From Candidatus Poribacteria bacterium (GTDB lineage Bacteria > Poribacteria > WGA-4E > PCPOR2b): a DNA stretch of 64,000 bases. Made by a program: the position numbers and the translations under genes. This document shows, piece by piece, positions 9,063 through 19,605 of the stretch (position 1 is the stretch's first letter; every line of letters starts with the position of its first letter). The stretch covers positions 4,576,001 through 4,640,000 of the forward strand of contig OZ244042.1 of the NCBI GenBank assembly GCA_965215015.1. Reading direction: 5' to 3'. The notes beneath the pieces are model-generated. The model searched no databases. It saw nothing but the letters and a program-made list of their open reading frames with translations, and was not told the origin of the DNA.

Positions 9063-11396
9063 TTATGCCAAGCCGCGTCGTTTGCGTAAAAACCACTCTA
9101 GCCCCAAAAGCAGAATGACGCTTCCGAAAATGAGCGGCATATCCCAAATCTCTTCGTCAACGAGGCGCGACGTTGCACTCTCAACCAAGGGGATATGGTT
9201 CACCATCTGGGATGCATCTTCGAGGGTATAATACTTGCCACCGCTGGTGTTAGCGAGCGTTTGCAGCAATTGTGCATTAAGTTCTGCGTTTGTGAATTCA
9301 GCGTAAGATTCGGCAACTTCAAAGAGGCCGCTCTGCTCACCCAGACTTGTACCGCCTAACATGCCAACCAAAGTAACCCGATACTCGCCGCGCCGAGGCG
9401 GGATAAATCGCCCCGTATATAGCCCGTCCTGCCCAAGTACCTGCTCAAGTGAAATCTCCCGTTTTCTGCCATTTTCGTCTGTGATGATGGCACGGATTTT
9501 CGCTTGATTGGTCAATTCAAATTGGTGATTATAAGCAGTTGCGTTAATGATCACCGCTTCCTTCAGGGCATAAGCGGTTTTTGGGATATTCAGCTTGAGC
9601 TGATCTTTCTGGACGGTTGTCAACCACTTCGCTGTCTGACGCCAGAAGCGTTCATGGCTATCATCTTCATATGGCATGTGCATCTGCCAGTTCCACGAAC
9701 TCAGAGGTGTAAAAACCATACCCCGACCGGCATTGTAGTTGTGGGTTGCGATGAGGATACGATTGCCAAATTCATTGCTGTCCGTGGGATGCACAGCGAG
9801 AACTGTCGCGCCTGCTTTGGCTCGCCGCACCCGGCTATAACTAGATAAGGTCAATTGTTCCCAACGCATCACGTTCTCGCGCGGTTCGTCCGCCAGAGCC
9901 ATCAACGGATCTATCTTCCCTTCAGCAGTCAATTGTAAAGTATCTTCCGCAGTCGAGGGCTGCCGATCTCGTCGGGGAGGGATTGTAAACCGGCGTATCG
10001 GTGGGGTTGGAGACGGTGGTGCCCCTAACTCAAGTTCGACCGGGAGAACCTGTGCAATCGGTGTATTAATATAGGAATCCTCTATATTGTGATTGCCCAG
10101 CGAATGTGCTCCACCAAGCATCAGAAATCCACCCCCCCGTGTGCGAACGAATTCAACCGTATTTTCAAGTTGTTGTCTTGTAAATTTTGATGACCCTATA
10201 TTTCCAAAGATAATTGCATCATAATCAAAGAGCACCTCTTTTGAGGTTGGATACAGGTCAAATTGATGCCCGGTGGCACTGCTCGCTCCTCCGATACTGG
10301 TATCAGAGGTGACGTATCTAACTGTCAATTGGATATTTGGATCGTTCTCCAAGGCACGCCTGATGTATTTAAATTCCCAACGAGCTAGACCCTCAACATA
10401 TAAAATCTTAACGCGCTTACTAGGTGCGACCTTTAACAGAAACTTCTTGGTATTGTTTTGTGGAACAGCCTCGTCAATTTCGGTTGGAATTTCCACCACG
10501 TACTTCTGCGTCCCCGGATTTCGTGGAATAAACTTGATCCGTACGCGGCGGGTGGGACGTTCTTCGTTGAGATTGACGTTGAACGTTTTGACGACACGGT
10601 TTTCATCCCTGAGTCTCAGCGTCACTTCCCGTGGGTTGTAGCCTTTGCGGCGGATGGTCGCCCAGATTTCAACAGGAAAATCCTCTTCTGCCTTTCGTGG
10701 GGCATCAACTTTCAACACCTCAATATCTTTAACCCCTTCCGGTGAACCGATCCCGACCGTATGAACTGGCACCTTGCGATCGCGCAACCGAAACGCAAGT
10801 TTGGTGATATCTTCGCCACTCGCATCTGCGCCATCGGAGAATATCACGACGCCCGACAGCGGCACCCCTTGCAGATTGTCTAATGTCTCATTCAGCGCAG
10901 CGGGGATATTCGTGGTTTCACCGTTTGCTTCGCTCAACGCAACGGGAGTCATCCGTTTGGGAACCGCAGCGAAGGAGAAAAGGCGTGTTTTGAATTTCTC
11001 ATTGAGCGAATTGAGTATCCCGCCTTCAGGATTAAAGAGCAGATTGTTTACGCTGCTCAGACGAGATTCCTGATCCACGGAATCGGTCACCTGCATACTT
11101 TTTGACTCATCCACTAGCACCGCGAGATAGGAGTCGTCCGGGCTGGTTTGGTAGACCGTCACAAAAGGCTTGAGCAGACAGAACGCTAACCCGCAGAGCG
11201 CGAGGGCTCGGAGGAAGATAAGAAAGCCGCGGAATCCCTGATGTGTCCGTCCCCGGGTCGTTCGATACGCCCAGATTGCCCCCGCAATCAAGCCCACGAA
11301 GATAAGAAATAGAATAAGCCCCGGCAGGCGAATCCCGAAATAGAAATCCCCCTGACGGAAGATGTCAATTGGATATTTTAGTAGTTGTTCAAACAT
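9063..11396 (-). CDS. Membrane protein with VWA domain and glutamine-amidotransferase-like domain
   Basis: N-terminal TM helices, MIDAS-like DESKSM and FSDG, VHTVGIG, EFVRTRGGGFLMLGG, C-terminal LEWFLRKRRGL. Confidence 0.8.
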   Translation of the reverse strand: MFEQLLKYPIDIFRQGDFYFGIRLPGLILFLIFVGLIAGAIWAYRTTRGRTHQGFRGFLIFLRALALCGLAFCLLKPFVTVYQTSPDDSYLAVLVDESKSMQVTDSVDQESRLSSVNNLLFNPEGGILNSLNEKFKTRLFSFAAVPKRMTPVALSEANGETTNIPAALNETLDNLQGVPLSGVVIFSDGADASGEDITKLAFRLRDRKVPVHTVGIGSPEGVKDIEVLKVDAPRKAEEDFPVEIWATIRRKGYNPREVTLRLRDENRVVKTFNVNLNEERPTRRVRIKFIPRNPGTQKYVVEIPTEIDEAVPQNNTKKFLLKVAPSKRVKILYVEGLARWEFKYIRRALENDPNIQLTVRYVTSDTSIGGASSATGHQFDLYPTSKEVLFDYDAIIFGNIGSSKFTRQQLENTVEFVRTRGGGFLMLGGAHSLGNHNIEDSYINTPIAQVLPVELELGAPPSPTPPIRRFTIPPRRDRQPSTAEDTLQLTAEGKIDPLMALADEPRENVMRWEQLTLSSYSRVRRAKAGATVLAVHPTDSNEFGNRILIATHNYNAGRGMVFTPLSSWNWQMHMPYEDDSHERFWRQTAKWLTTVQKDQLKLNIPKTAYALKEAVIINATAYNHQFELTNQAKIRAIITDENGRKREISLEQVLGQDGLYTGRFIPPRRGEYRVTLVGMLGGTSLGEQSGLFEVAESYAEFTNAELNAQLLQTLANTSGGKYYTLEDASQMVNHIPLVESATSRLVDEEIWDMPLIFGSVILLLGLEWFLRKRRGLA

Positions 11397-14396
11397 CTAA
11401 AACTCCTTGCCGCGTCCCAAAAACGCCAATTCGTGCCGAAGTCGTTGGGGGTCTTTGCAAACGTGGAAATCCCATTTTCCAAGATCTCCCCAATTATTGA
11501 CTGCGGATACCCACCGCTTCGCCCCCGCGTGTTTGGCGCGGTCTTGCTCGGTTTCAAAACCCTTAATTTCTAGAATCAAGTGGACACCGTTCTTAAGTCG
11601 GACGATAAAATCCGGTTCATAGCTGTGAGGAACGCCGGTATACTCATACGGAATGCTGAACCCCAGATGATCATTCCGAACATAGTACGCCACCGCCTCG
11701 GATTGCTCCAGCCAAAAACAGGCGGAACGCTCCCACCTCTGGGTATCTAGCACCGCTTGATTAATTTGGCTCCGATGTGTTCCGTGACAGGGGCGCGTGG
11801 TCATAAAGTCCACCTCTGATGATGTGCCGATTGGCTTGTAGCGGTTCAGGATGGGTAGTAGCGGGGATTCACCGTCCGTTTCAGTGGGGTGAATTGCTGT
11901 TAGAAGCCGCTCAACGATACGAGTTACATATTTCTCTTGCCCGAGTTCACGTCGGTCACACCCGCTAAAATCCACCTTTTTTTCAACGTAGGTATCAATT
12001 AGACGAAACACTTGAGGAAATAGCCGATGTCGAGATTGCATCCGGAGATTGGGATTGCCCTCTGAATTGGGTTGATTTACCGGATCGCCGACCAGTGCTG
12101 TAACAATCCGACGGGCGATCTCAAACTTGATATGTTGAATGTGGGTTGCTTCGTAATATGCCGTGCGGTTCTGCTCAACGAAATCCCCGGGACCTAAGAT
12201 AGTTGGTGCACCGATTTCGTAGCCGGATGCCGGTTTGACAAAAACAGCAGTCGGTGTGTGTTCCGGTTCAAGTTTGAGCGGTGTCATTGAGTGAATGTCT
12301 GCACTAATTTCGTCCTTTTTCAGGGCGAAGGCGTATCCTTCAACGACGGGAAATCTTATCTCAAAATCCGCCCGCTCCGGCATCGCACGGACGTGGTTTT
12401 TCGGTTTGTCGTCGGGCTCATGTTGGTTCGTGGGGCGGCCCTTGAACGGGATTACAGAAAATGGGATGCCGTATACATCCACATATTCCTCGGTCAGCAA
12501 CCCGGTTTCTGGGTCTGGCGTGTAATTCATACGCCGCAATCCACGCCCAACCACCTGCTCACAAAGTAACTGGCTGCTGAAGGCACGTAGTCCCAGAATA
12601 TGGGTGACGTTATTCGCGTCCCATCCCTCGTTCAGCATCGCCACAGAGACGACGCATCGGATCTGTTCGCCGGGCTGCCCCGATTTCCCAATTGTTGCGA
12701 CAACCCGACGCAAATCCTCTGCCGCTTGCGTCCTGTTCTTTTGAGGGTCTTCGCTTTCCGCTTCTGCCAACATTTTGCTGTCAATTCGCAAGGTGTGTGA
12801 ATTGCTTTCCGTGTTCGACAGCATATCGGGAAATACCTGCCCTTGTCCGTAGACAGTTTGGGTCTGTTTTTTCTTTTTTCCTTTTCCTCGATTGCGGTCA
12901 ACCGTAGGGGATGCCCCTACATCAGACTCAACGACCTCCTCGCCGGAGATTTTTTTAAAGAAGTGCGCTGCGATATTGGTGTTGTCGCAGACAATGATCA
13001 TCACAGGGGGCGTTTTCTCTTGGGCGTCCGACGCCTGTTGGATGTATTCAAAGCGTTCTTTCCACTGGCTAGCGAGGGTGTTAAGTGCGTCTTCCGCCTC
13101 ACGATAGACGGCCTCCGGTTTCGGCTTTTTGCCCGGCAATCGATCCGCTGGCAGGATCTCCGCTTGAATCGCCTCCCAAAGTCGGAAGAATTTCGGTTCG
13201 GGTCTACCCGTCGTATCGCTCACCGGCAATCGGGGAATCTTCGTGATGCCGCTCTCGATTGCGTCCACCAACCCGAAATCGCTGACGAGCCACGGGAAGG
13301 GGGAGCCCTCCGGATGACCGCTGCCTGCAATATAGAAAGGCGTAGCGGAGAGATCGACACAAAAACGGACACCGCACGCTTGATTAATCGTGTCCAAGCC
13401 GCTAATCCAGACGGTGGCTGCTTCGCGTTCCTTTTTGGCATCGGCGGATAGCCTTCCCTCAGCAGATGCGGGGCGGTAGGCGTGATGCCCTTCATCGTTC
13501 AGCACCATGATGGGGGCGCGTTCATGCAGCTCGCCCAATACACGCTTGGCAAAGGCGTCCGGTGTCTCCTCACCTTTGTCCACGACCGCGTAGCTTTGAC
13601 CGCCTTCACTGTGCGCGGACTCCGGAGCGAATTGATGCCAGTTGGTCACAAGCACCTTCCCTTTATTAAGCAACGGGCGGAGCTTGGTCGGGATGAGTTC
13701 AAACGCATCATAATAGTTGTCCGGGGATGCGGGTCGCAAGACCTGAAGCCGTTCTTTGATAGTCAGATTTGGACAAACAATCAGGGCTGCTGCCGGAAAA
13801 CGCTCATCGGAAGGGACTTTCCCGCGATTGCAGAACGCCCACGCAATTAGCATCGCCATCACCACTGTCTTGCCGCTGCCGGTCGCCATTTTGCAGCCGT
13901 AACGGATTAGGTCCGGGATATCGGGGATGTTGGGAGGGTCAACCAATTTAGCGAGATCTGCATCTGTAAATTGGGGGTTGAATCCAATCCGCCTGTTCGC
14001 CCGGAGAATCTCCGCAATGTATATGATTGTTTCAACCGCTTCGCGCTGGCAGAAAAAGAGGCGGCGTTCCTTATCCTCTCGCGTCCAGTGGCGCAGCAGC
14101 TCCCGCGTCACACTGGTTGCGTTCCGGTAATTCGCTGCTCGCCATCTCCTGACATCACCGCGCAGCGCGTTCACCAGCGGCAGGTCATCCCGTTCTTCCT
14201 CTTGAAAGAGTTGGAGTTGTCCGCTGCCTGTGCGTTGCGTTTTGTACCAGTACCCAGCCTCGCGCCTGCCCGGTTGCTTGACCGCTTCCCCGGTGTCGGT
14301 ATCGTAAACCCAATGTGCGTCCGGTTCTTCGTACGGTTTGCACAGGATAGGACGTTCAACGGGTTGGATTGGGATTTCAAGTTGGTCTGTATTCAT
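11397..14396 (-). CDS. res: Type III-like restriction endonuclease Res subunit (SF2 helicase + nuclease)
   Basis: FFCQREAVET, MATGSGKT, NDEGHH, SATP, EGWDA, EQVVGRGLRR, C-terminal YEPDFIV...LEIKG. Confidence 0.9.
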   Translation of the reverse strand: MNTDQLEIPIQPVERPILCKPYEEPDAHWVYDTDTGEAVKQPGRREAGYWYKTQRTGSGQLQLFQEEERDDLPLVNALRGDVRRWRAANYRNATSVTRELLRHWTREDKERRLFFCQREAVETIIYIAEILRANRRIGFNPQFTDADLAKLVDPPNIPDIPDLIRYGCKMATGSGKTVVMAMLIAWAFCNRGKVPSDERFPAAALIVCPNLTIKERLQVLRPASPDNYYDAFELIPTKLRPLLNKGKVLVTNWHQFAPESAHSEGGQSYAVVDKGEETPDAFAKRVLGELHERAPIMVLNDEGHHAYRPASAEGRLSADAKKEREAATVWISGLDTINQACGVRFCVDLSATPFYIAGSGHPEGSPFPWLVSDFGLVDAIESGITKIPRLPVSDTTGRPEPKFFRLWEAIQAEILPADRLPGKKPKPEAVYREAEDALNTLASQWKERFEYIQQASDAQEKTPPVMIIVCDNTNIAAHFFKKISGEEVVESDVGASPTVDRNRGKGKKKKQTQTVYGQGQVFPDMLSNTESNSHTLRIDSKMLAEAESEDPQKNRTQAAEDLRRVVATIGKSGQPGEQIRCVVSVAMLNEGWDANNVTHILGLRAFSSQLLCEQVVGRGLRRMNYTPDPETGLLTEEYVDVYGIPFSVIPFKGRPTNQHEPDDKPKNHVRAMPERADFEIRFPVVEGYAFALKKDEISADIHSMTPLKLEPEHTPTAVFVKPASGYEIGAPTILGPGDFVEQNRTAYYEATHIQHIKFEIARRIVTALVGDPVNQPNSEGNPNLRMQSRHRLFPQVFRLIDTYVEKKVDFSGCDRRELGQEKYVTRIVERLLTAIHPTETDGESPLLPILNRYKPIGTSSEVDFMTTRPCHGTHRSQINQAVLDTQRWERSACFWLEQSEAVAYYVRNDHLGFSIPYEYTGVPHSYEPDFIVRLKNGVHLILEIKGFETEQDRAKHAGAKRWVSAVNNWGDLGKWDFHVCKDPQRLRHELAFLGRGKEF
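12904..12920. repeat. REP-like GTAG hairpin inside res coding sequence
   Basis: GTAGGGGATGCCCCTAC palindrome, read in frame as VGASPT. Confidence 0.5.
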
Positions 14397-14529
14397 GCAG
14401 GTTCCTTATTCGTCGGTTAATTGTCGTGGTTCTTACTGATTTTCTGCCTCCGTATCGTATGTATGAAGTATGGTCGGATTTAGAAAGTGTCTGACGGGTT
14501 ATTGGATTTCGCGGATTTTTTATGAGAAT

Positions 14530-14925
14530 GCGGCATACGGCTTATGCCGTAATACCCCTTCCCCCGCCAAGAACCCAAGACCCCCCTCGGTCCCCCCGCA
14601 AGCAGGGGGAAGAGCGCAAGCGGGGACGCAACCCGGTGGCGTGTCCCCCCTCTATCCCGAATACCCACACGGTATCAGAACGTTCTAGGCTGAGCCAGGA
14701 ACTGACAGACAACCCACAGGGGATTTAGCAGGAGGAGGGGACGCGGAGCGTACCTACTACTGTCAGATGAACTGTAGTCGCCCGATTCATCAGGCGTTGA
14801 GAGCAGGTTCACCGGCAATGAATTACCGAGGATACCCTGACTCTAGCCCAATACCAGACACCATTACCCCACAAAATACTATTATCCTGAAAATCCTTTC
14901 ATCCTGAGAATCCTGATTCTGACAA
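14530..14925. repeat. Cluster of REP-like and composite repeats between mod and res
   Basis: GCGGCATACGGCTTATGCCG, CCCCCCGCAAGCAGGGGG, blocks shared with 8663-8777, CGGAGCGTACCTACTAC, and ATCCTG-type short tandem repeats at 14884-14925. Confidence 0.7.
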
Positions 14926-14937
14926 TCCCGGGGCAAA

Positions 14938-17910
14938 TCAGTACCCTCGCTTACCTAAATCGTGCACCCGCATCACCTCATTCCCACGAGGGTCAATTAC
15001 CTTGATCGCGACGCGGTGGTGTTCCCCCGCAGGGAATGGCAGCGATTCGGTCCCACTAAACTTCTCAAAACGTTCTGTGTCAATTACACCTTTGAGTGCC
15101 CTCGCTATCTTGTTCCACGCCTTTTTGTCGGGGAAAAACGCTTGGGTGATGCAGAAGGTACGACCATCGTAATCACTGTCAATGAACCATGCTGCCACCT
15201 TGTCACTGCCTGCGGAGCTCACCATGTTCTCCACGGGATTGTAGATATCCACCCCCTCCATCTTGACAATATATTCCTCGTCTTTTGTCATTTCGATTTC
15301 AGTGCGCGGTGCCCCAAACACAGTGAACAGTTGGCTGGAGGGGGTTTCCTTGAGTAGATCCCCCATCGTTACATCAGGATTAATGTGCGCCATGTGGATG
15401 CGAACCCTTGGATGCGGATCGGCTTGGAGGGTCGCTTGCGCTGCCCCGTCGAAACTGAAGCCTGCAAAAATTAGCTGATTGTACCCGCGTTGGGATGCAA
15501 TAGGTAAGCACGCCTCAACCTGCGTTGTCGTCACAGGCCCGTGCTGCGGTCCAAATACCACCGCCACATTCCGCTCCTCATCATTGCCTTCCCAACTCCC
15601 TTCGGCGTGAAGAATATCCTCCTCAAGTGGATCGAGTGCCGCGAATTTCATTTTCTGATTATCAGGGAAGCGCACCCCGTCATTTCGCAATAAACGAATC
15701 ATTTGATCGAGATACGCTTCGGCGTTGGCGGGTTCACCGGCAACGCCATCAGACTCAAATGCGTCCAAATCTTCCTCCGGTTCGCCCCCGATGGGCGAAT
15801 CGAAGCCGAGCGATGCTTCCGCGGGCTGCACCGCCTCCACTGTGAAGGGGCCACTTACCCGCAGCTTCTTCCTATCCACCTCCGGCTGATCGACCAATTC
15901 CTCACTGTCAGCAGATGCGGCAATGCAGCCGTTCACCGCTTCCATCTTTGCCCGAAACGCCTCACGATAATCGGTTAATGCTTCACGCAACGCGTCGGGC
16001 CAATCGGGATCGGTGTCAAAGGGCACCTCCCACTCCTGCCACGCCCCATTTGGAAGTTGCCAGCGTCGTCGATCCGTATCCGTTATAGATCTTTTCCCCT
16101 CACGCCGCTCTTTTTCAGCAAGTTTGGAAAGCAATTTAGTCCGAAGCTCTGGCGTAACTCCCGCTAGGGCAAGGTTGAGGGTTTCTAACTTTTCCGCCAG
16201 AATCGGCTCATATTTCGCAAAGATGGGATCCAGAGCGGTATTTTGAGCGATGCTTCTGAGGGTAATGTGCGGAACCGTTTTGTTGACAAAACCGCCTGCA
16301 ACCCCTTCCGATGCGTCGTTGAGTTGGTAGTAGTCGAAGGTCCCTGTCAGGAGGCGTTGACGCGCTAAGGCGATTGCAACCCGACTCGTATCAATGGCTA
16401 TCCACCGTCTGCCCCACTCCTCCGCGACGTCGGCGGTAGTTCCGCTTCCACAGGTGGGATCGAGGACGAGGTCCCCGGGGTCAGTGGTCATGAGGAGGCA
16501 CCGTTGAATGACTTTGGGATTAGTTTCTACAACATAGTTTTTTCCAGCGCGTCCCTGTCCGGTATCGGTCCACATGTTGGTAATGGCACGCCCTGGAAAA
16601 TCGCTAGCGTATCTAATGTAGTACAGAAGACGTCCTGTACCGGTAAGTCTTCCTTGGTATGTCAGCCGATCTAATCCTTTGCGACTTGTTCGCCAACCTG
16701 TACTACCAGGAGGCGTGAAAGACCTTCCTTGAAATTCATATTCATAGGTAGCACTGCCACTCGTCTGTGATGTTACTCGATAAGTTGCAAATCTCCGGCT
16801 TCCCTTGGGCAATATAGCCGGGTTTTCTATCTCTTCTTGTGTCATCCCACGACGGATGCCATCCGGCAATTCAACGTAAGTATAAGTTCCGAGACGCGGA
16901 TCCTGTTTGCGTTCATCTCGTTCAAACCAGAGTTGATGATATTTCATCTGCTCTTTATCTTTCGCATACCATAGGAGATAATCAAATACTGCCGCTAGTC
17001 CTGTTGCGGAAGTCATGCCGCCACGTGTCCATGTGATTGTGGAAACAAAATTTTCACTGCCAAACACCTCGTCCATGATACACCGCACCCGATGAACATT
17101 CTCGTCACTAATCTGAACAAAGATACTCCCGCTATCGGTCAATAGTTCTTTGGCAACAATCAACCGGTCCCGCAGGTAGGCGAGGTAGGAGTGGATGCCG
17201 AGGGTCCATGTATCGCGGTAGGCTTTAATCTGCTCCCGCTCGCGTGTCAAATCACCTGCTTTGTCCTTCACATCGCGTTGAAAGACCGTGGGCTGGAAGT
17301 TTGACGCGAACCTGATGCCGTAGGGTGGGTCAATGTAAATCATCTGGACCTTGCCCGCAAGGTCTTCGCGTTCTGCCAAAGAGCTCATCACGGTCAGGCT
17401 ATCACCCAAGATGAGGCGGTTCGTCCAATCCACATCGTGTTGGTAAAATTGCACCGCCTCTAGGTATTTCAGTTGTGGGTCGGCAAAGAGTTCGCGTTGG
17501 ACGTTTTCCCGCTCTGCTACCTTCACAATGGCTTTTGCACTCACGCGCTCGTGAATATGCAACGCTACTGGATCGACAGCGAACGATTTCGCTTCCTGTT
17601 TGCCCGCCCATTCGATCCATGGGTTATGGTTTTTTAACGCTGCTGCAAGGATTTGCACCTCATCGGCGGAGAGGGGAGCCCGCTGTGCTTTATAGAGCAG
17701 CTCAGGGAGTTGGTCGGCGTCGCCGTTTCCGTCGAATTGCAAGCACGGAGGCAAGTGAGGATTGTAGGCGTATACCTGCCTCGGTTGTTCGTGGACTTTC
17801 CCATGGGAGGCGATGCCCGCGGGCGGGTTGTTCGTTCGAGCGGCGGCGTCGTGCCGATAATCTTGGATTTCCGTTTCCTGTTTTTTAGTGGAGTGTCTCT
17901 TTTGCGCCAT
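14938..17910 (-). CDS. mod: Type III-like site-specific DNA methyltransferase (Mod)
   Basis: YIDPPYGI before LDPTCGSGTT (beta class), NRLILGDSL, AIKVIDPRGNE; adjacent to res. ATG 17910 with AAGGA RBS. Confidence 0.92.
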   Translation of the reverse strand: MAQKRHSTKKQETEIQDYRHDAAARTNNPPAGIASHGKVHEQPRQVYAYNPHLPPCLQFDGNGDADQLPELLYKAQRAPLSADEVQILAAALKNHNPWIEWAGKQEAKSFAVDPVALHIHERVSAKAIVKVAERENVQRELFADPQLKYLEAVQFYQHDVDWTNRLILGDSLTVMSSLAEREDLAGKVQMIYIDPPYGIRFASNFQPTVFQRDVKDKAGDLTREREQIKAYRDTWTLGIHSYLAYLRDRLIVAKELLTDSGSIFVQISDENVHRVRCIMDEVFGSENFVSTITWTRGGMTSATGLAAVFDYLLWYAKDKEQMKYHQLWFERDERKQDPRLGTYTYVELPDGIRRGMTQEEIENPAILPKGSRRFATYRVTSQTSGSATYEYEFQGRSFTPPGSTGWRTSRKGLDRLTYQGRLTGTGRLLYYIRYASDFPGRAITNMWTDTGQGRAGKNYVVETNPKVIQRCLLMTTDPGDLVLDPTCGSGTTADVAEEWGRRWIAIDTSRVAIALARQRLLTGTFDYYQLNDASEGVAGGFVNKTVPHITLRSIAQNTALDPIFAKYEPILAEKLETLNLALAGVTPELRTKLLSKLAEKERREGKRSITDTDRRRWQLPNGAWQEWEVPFDTDPDWPDALREALTDYREAFRAKMEAVNGCIAASADSEELVDQPEVDRKKLRVSGPFTVEAVQPAEASLGFDSPIGGEPEEDLDAFESDGVAGEPANAEAYLDQMIRLLRNDGVRFPDNQKMKFAALDPLEEDILHAEGSWEGNDEERNVAVVFGPQHGPVTTTQVEACLPIASQRGYNQLIFAGFSFDGAAQATLQADPHPRVRIHMAHINPDVTMGDLLKETPSSQLFTVFGAPRTEIEMTKDEEYIVKMEGVDIYNPVENMVSSAGSDKVAAWFIDSDYDGRTFCITQAFFPDKKAWNKIARALKGVIDTERFEKFSGTESLPFPAGEHHRVAIKVIDPRGNEVMRVHDLGKRGY

Positions 17911-17975
17911 ATCTATCTTTCCTTCTGCCAAGTTTCTGAAGTTAGGAATTTGTTACTTTTCAATATTGAGAAACG

Positions 17976-18448
17976 TTAGAACGTCCAACGTTCTCTTTCC
18001 ATGAACCCTTGGAGGTTTATGCAGTCAACCCCAAAATGCTCACAAACACATTCGGGATTTTTGCAGCGTTTGGGCTTTGCCTTTCTTCTGTGACCACACA
18101 GCCAGTCATGATCTTTGCTTTAGCAACAATAAACGGATCTGCTCGCAGATTACCAGCTAATCGATCTTTCTCGCTTACTAACATACGGAAATGTCGAACA
18201 GAAAAAATCTCTTGGACAAACTGTGTTTCCCCTGGGCCAGGAAGCAAAAAAATATCTCTGTGGTCTTCGACCCAATCAGATAAGTAGGAATAACGTGCAT
18301 AGATCTCTAGTTCTCTGTACACTTCCCTCACAGAAATTATACTCCCAACAATTACTGCTTGATTAAATTTTTCCCAAAAAGTTGGGAATTGCTTAGGATA
18401 GTAGTTACCAAGCACGCTGAAACTGTTAGTGTCAAATACGTAAGCCAT
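17976..18448 (-). pseudogene. DUF4411-type PIN-domain protein, frameshifted near C-terminus
   Basis: MAYVFDTNS...ADPFIVAKA...VVTEE...KIPNV. The family-like tail CEHFGVDCINLQGFMERERWTF* continues in another frame after an apparent 2-bp GT duplication at about 18045. Start overlaps the upstream stop (TAATG). Confidence 0.8.
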
Positions 18449-19605
18449 TAAGGGATTATCTTTCTCAATAGGCAATCTTCTAGCCTAGGCAAATTTTTGA
18501 CCTTGGTGTTCAGATGATCTGCAAGTTCTTCAATTGAACATTGTCCCTGATGATATCTACTGAACGCGAGTTCCATAAATTTGTAGCCTAAATACACTGC
18601 ATGGGTATTATAATAGTTTCCACCACCTGGGGATTCGCCTCCTGCCCTTCCCTCTAGGCGGGATTCATACTCCTCAGTCCATTGGGCAGTCTTCTGCCTA
18701 TAGTCCTCGGAGGTGAGGACCCCTCGATTGACCAATTTCAGCAAAATGACCGGACGACTCACTTTATAGTAACCTGCCAACTCCTCAATTGCAGTATCAT
18801 CGTAAAGTGAATCATTGAAGCGAGCTTCCAAATCGCCAGATGGTACTAGAAACTCAGCAGCAAATTGGTTGCAAAAGACCTCGATTGGCTCGCCTCCAGG
18901 GTTGATGCCTCGTGTTATACCATGTTCACCGAGTAAGAGGTGGGCCAACTCATGAAAGAGTGAGAAAATCTGTCTAACAGACGATCTACTATTGTTAAGG
19001 TAGATGACAGGAAACTGTTCGTGGACAAGGCAAAAACCATCAACGGAGTCGTCTCGGAATGCCTCCTTAAAAATGAAGAGGCCTTTTGCCTCAACACTTT
19101 CTCGCCAATTTTCTAGTGCTTCTTTTGCATCGCGCCAATTCGCTTGTATTTCAACGCTGATGCCCAAGTACGCTCGGGTTTGTTGTGCCAACTCCGTTGC
19201 TGAGGCACCAAGTTGGGCATGAAGATCGCGGAAGATTTTCATTTTCGCAGGATTCACGTCCATGTTCAGTTCCATCAATGAAAGTTGCCTCGCGTGTGCC
19301 CGACGCAACAGAATACGGATACCTGGGTCCAGTCGCTCAATCTCGGAGCTTCGTAATGCTAATTGTTCCACAAAATCCGGTTCTTCGGGAGGTTCTGGGA
19401 AGAAGAACATCGCAATGGGACGTTTGTATTTGTCAGCCAGCTTTTCAAGCTGAACATAGGTCGGCGCAGCTGCCCCGGACTCCCAGTTAGAAATGGTTGT
19501 GACATCCCTATTTAAGGATTTGGCAATTTCTTGCAGGGTGTATCCTGAGCGTTCTCTCGCCCATTTGACTATGGTGGGATTAATCCCTTGAACGTATTCA
19601 GCCAT
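18448..19605 (-). CDS. XRE-family HTH fused to ImmA/IrrE zinc metallopeptidase
   Basis: N-terminal HTH (WARERSGYTLQEIA..ISNWESG), FHELAHLL HExxH, EVFCNQFAAEFLVP. Confidence 0.9.
   Translation of the reverse strand: MAEYVQGINPTIVKWARERSGYTLQEIAKSLNRDVTTISNWESGAAAPTYVQLEKLADKYKRPIAMFFFPEPPEEPDFVEQLALRSSEIERLDPGIRILLRRAHARQLSLMELNMDVNPAKMKIFRDLHAQLGASATELAQQTRAYLGISVEIQANWRDAKEALENWRESVEAKGLFIFKEAFRDDSVDGFCLVHEQFPVIYLNNSRSSVRQIFSLFHELAHLLLGEHGITRGINPGGEPIEVFCNQFAAEFLVPSGDLEARFNDSLYDDTAIEELAGYYKVSRPVILLKLVNRGVLTSEDYRQKTAQWTEEYESRLEGRAGGESPGGGNYYNTHAVYLGYKFMELAFSRYHQGQCSIEELADHLNTKVKNLPRLEDCLLRKIIP

Noticed and set aside
8411-9231. Short ORFs with PPPACGG peptides
   Set aside because: Translations of REP/MITE palindromes, not credible genes.
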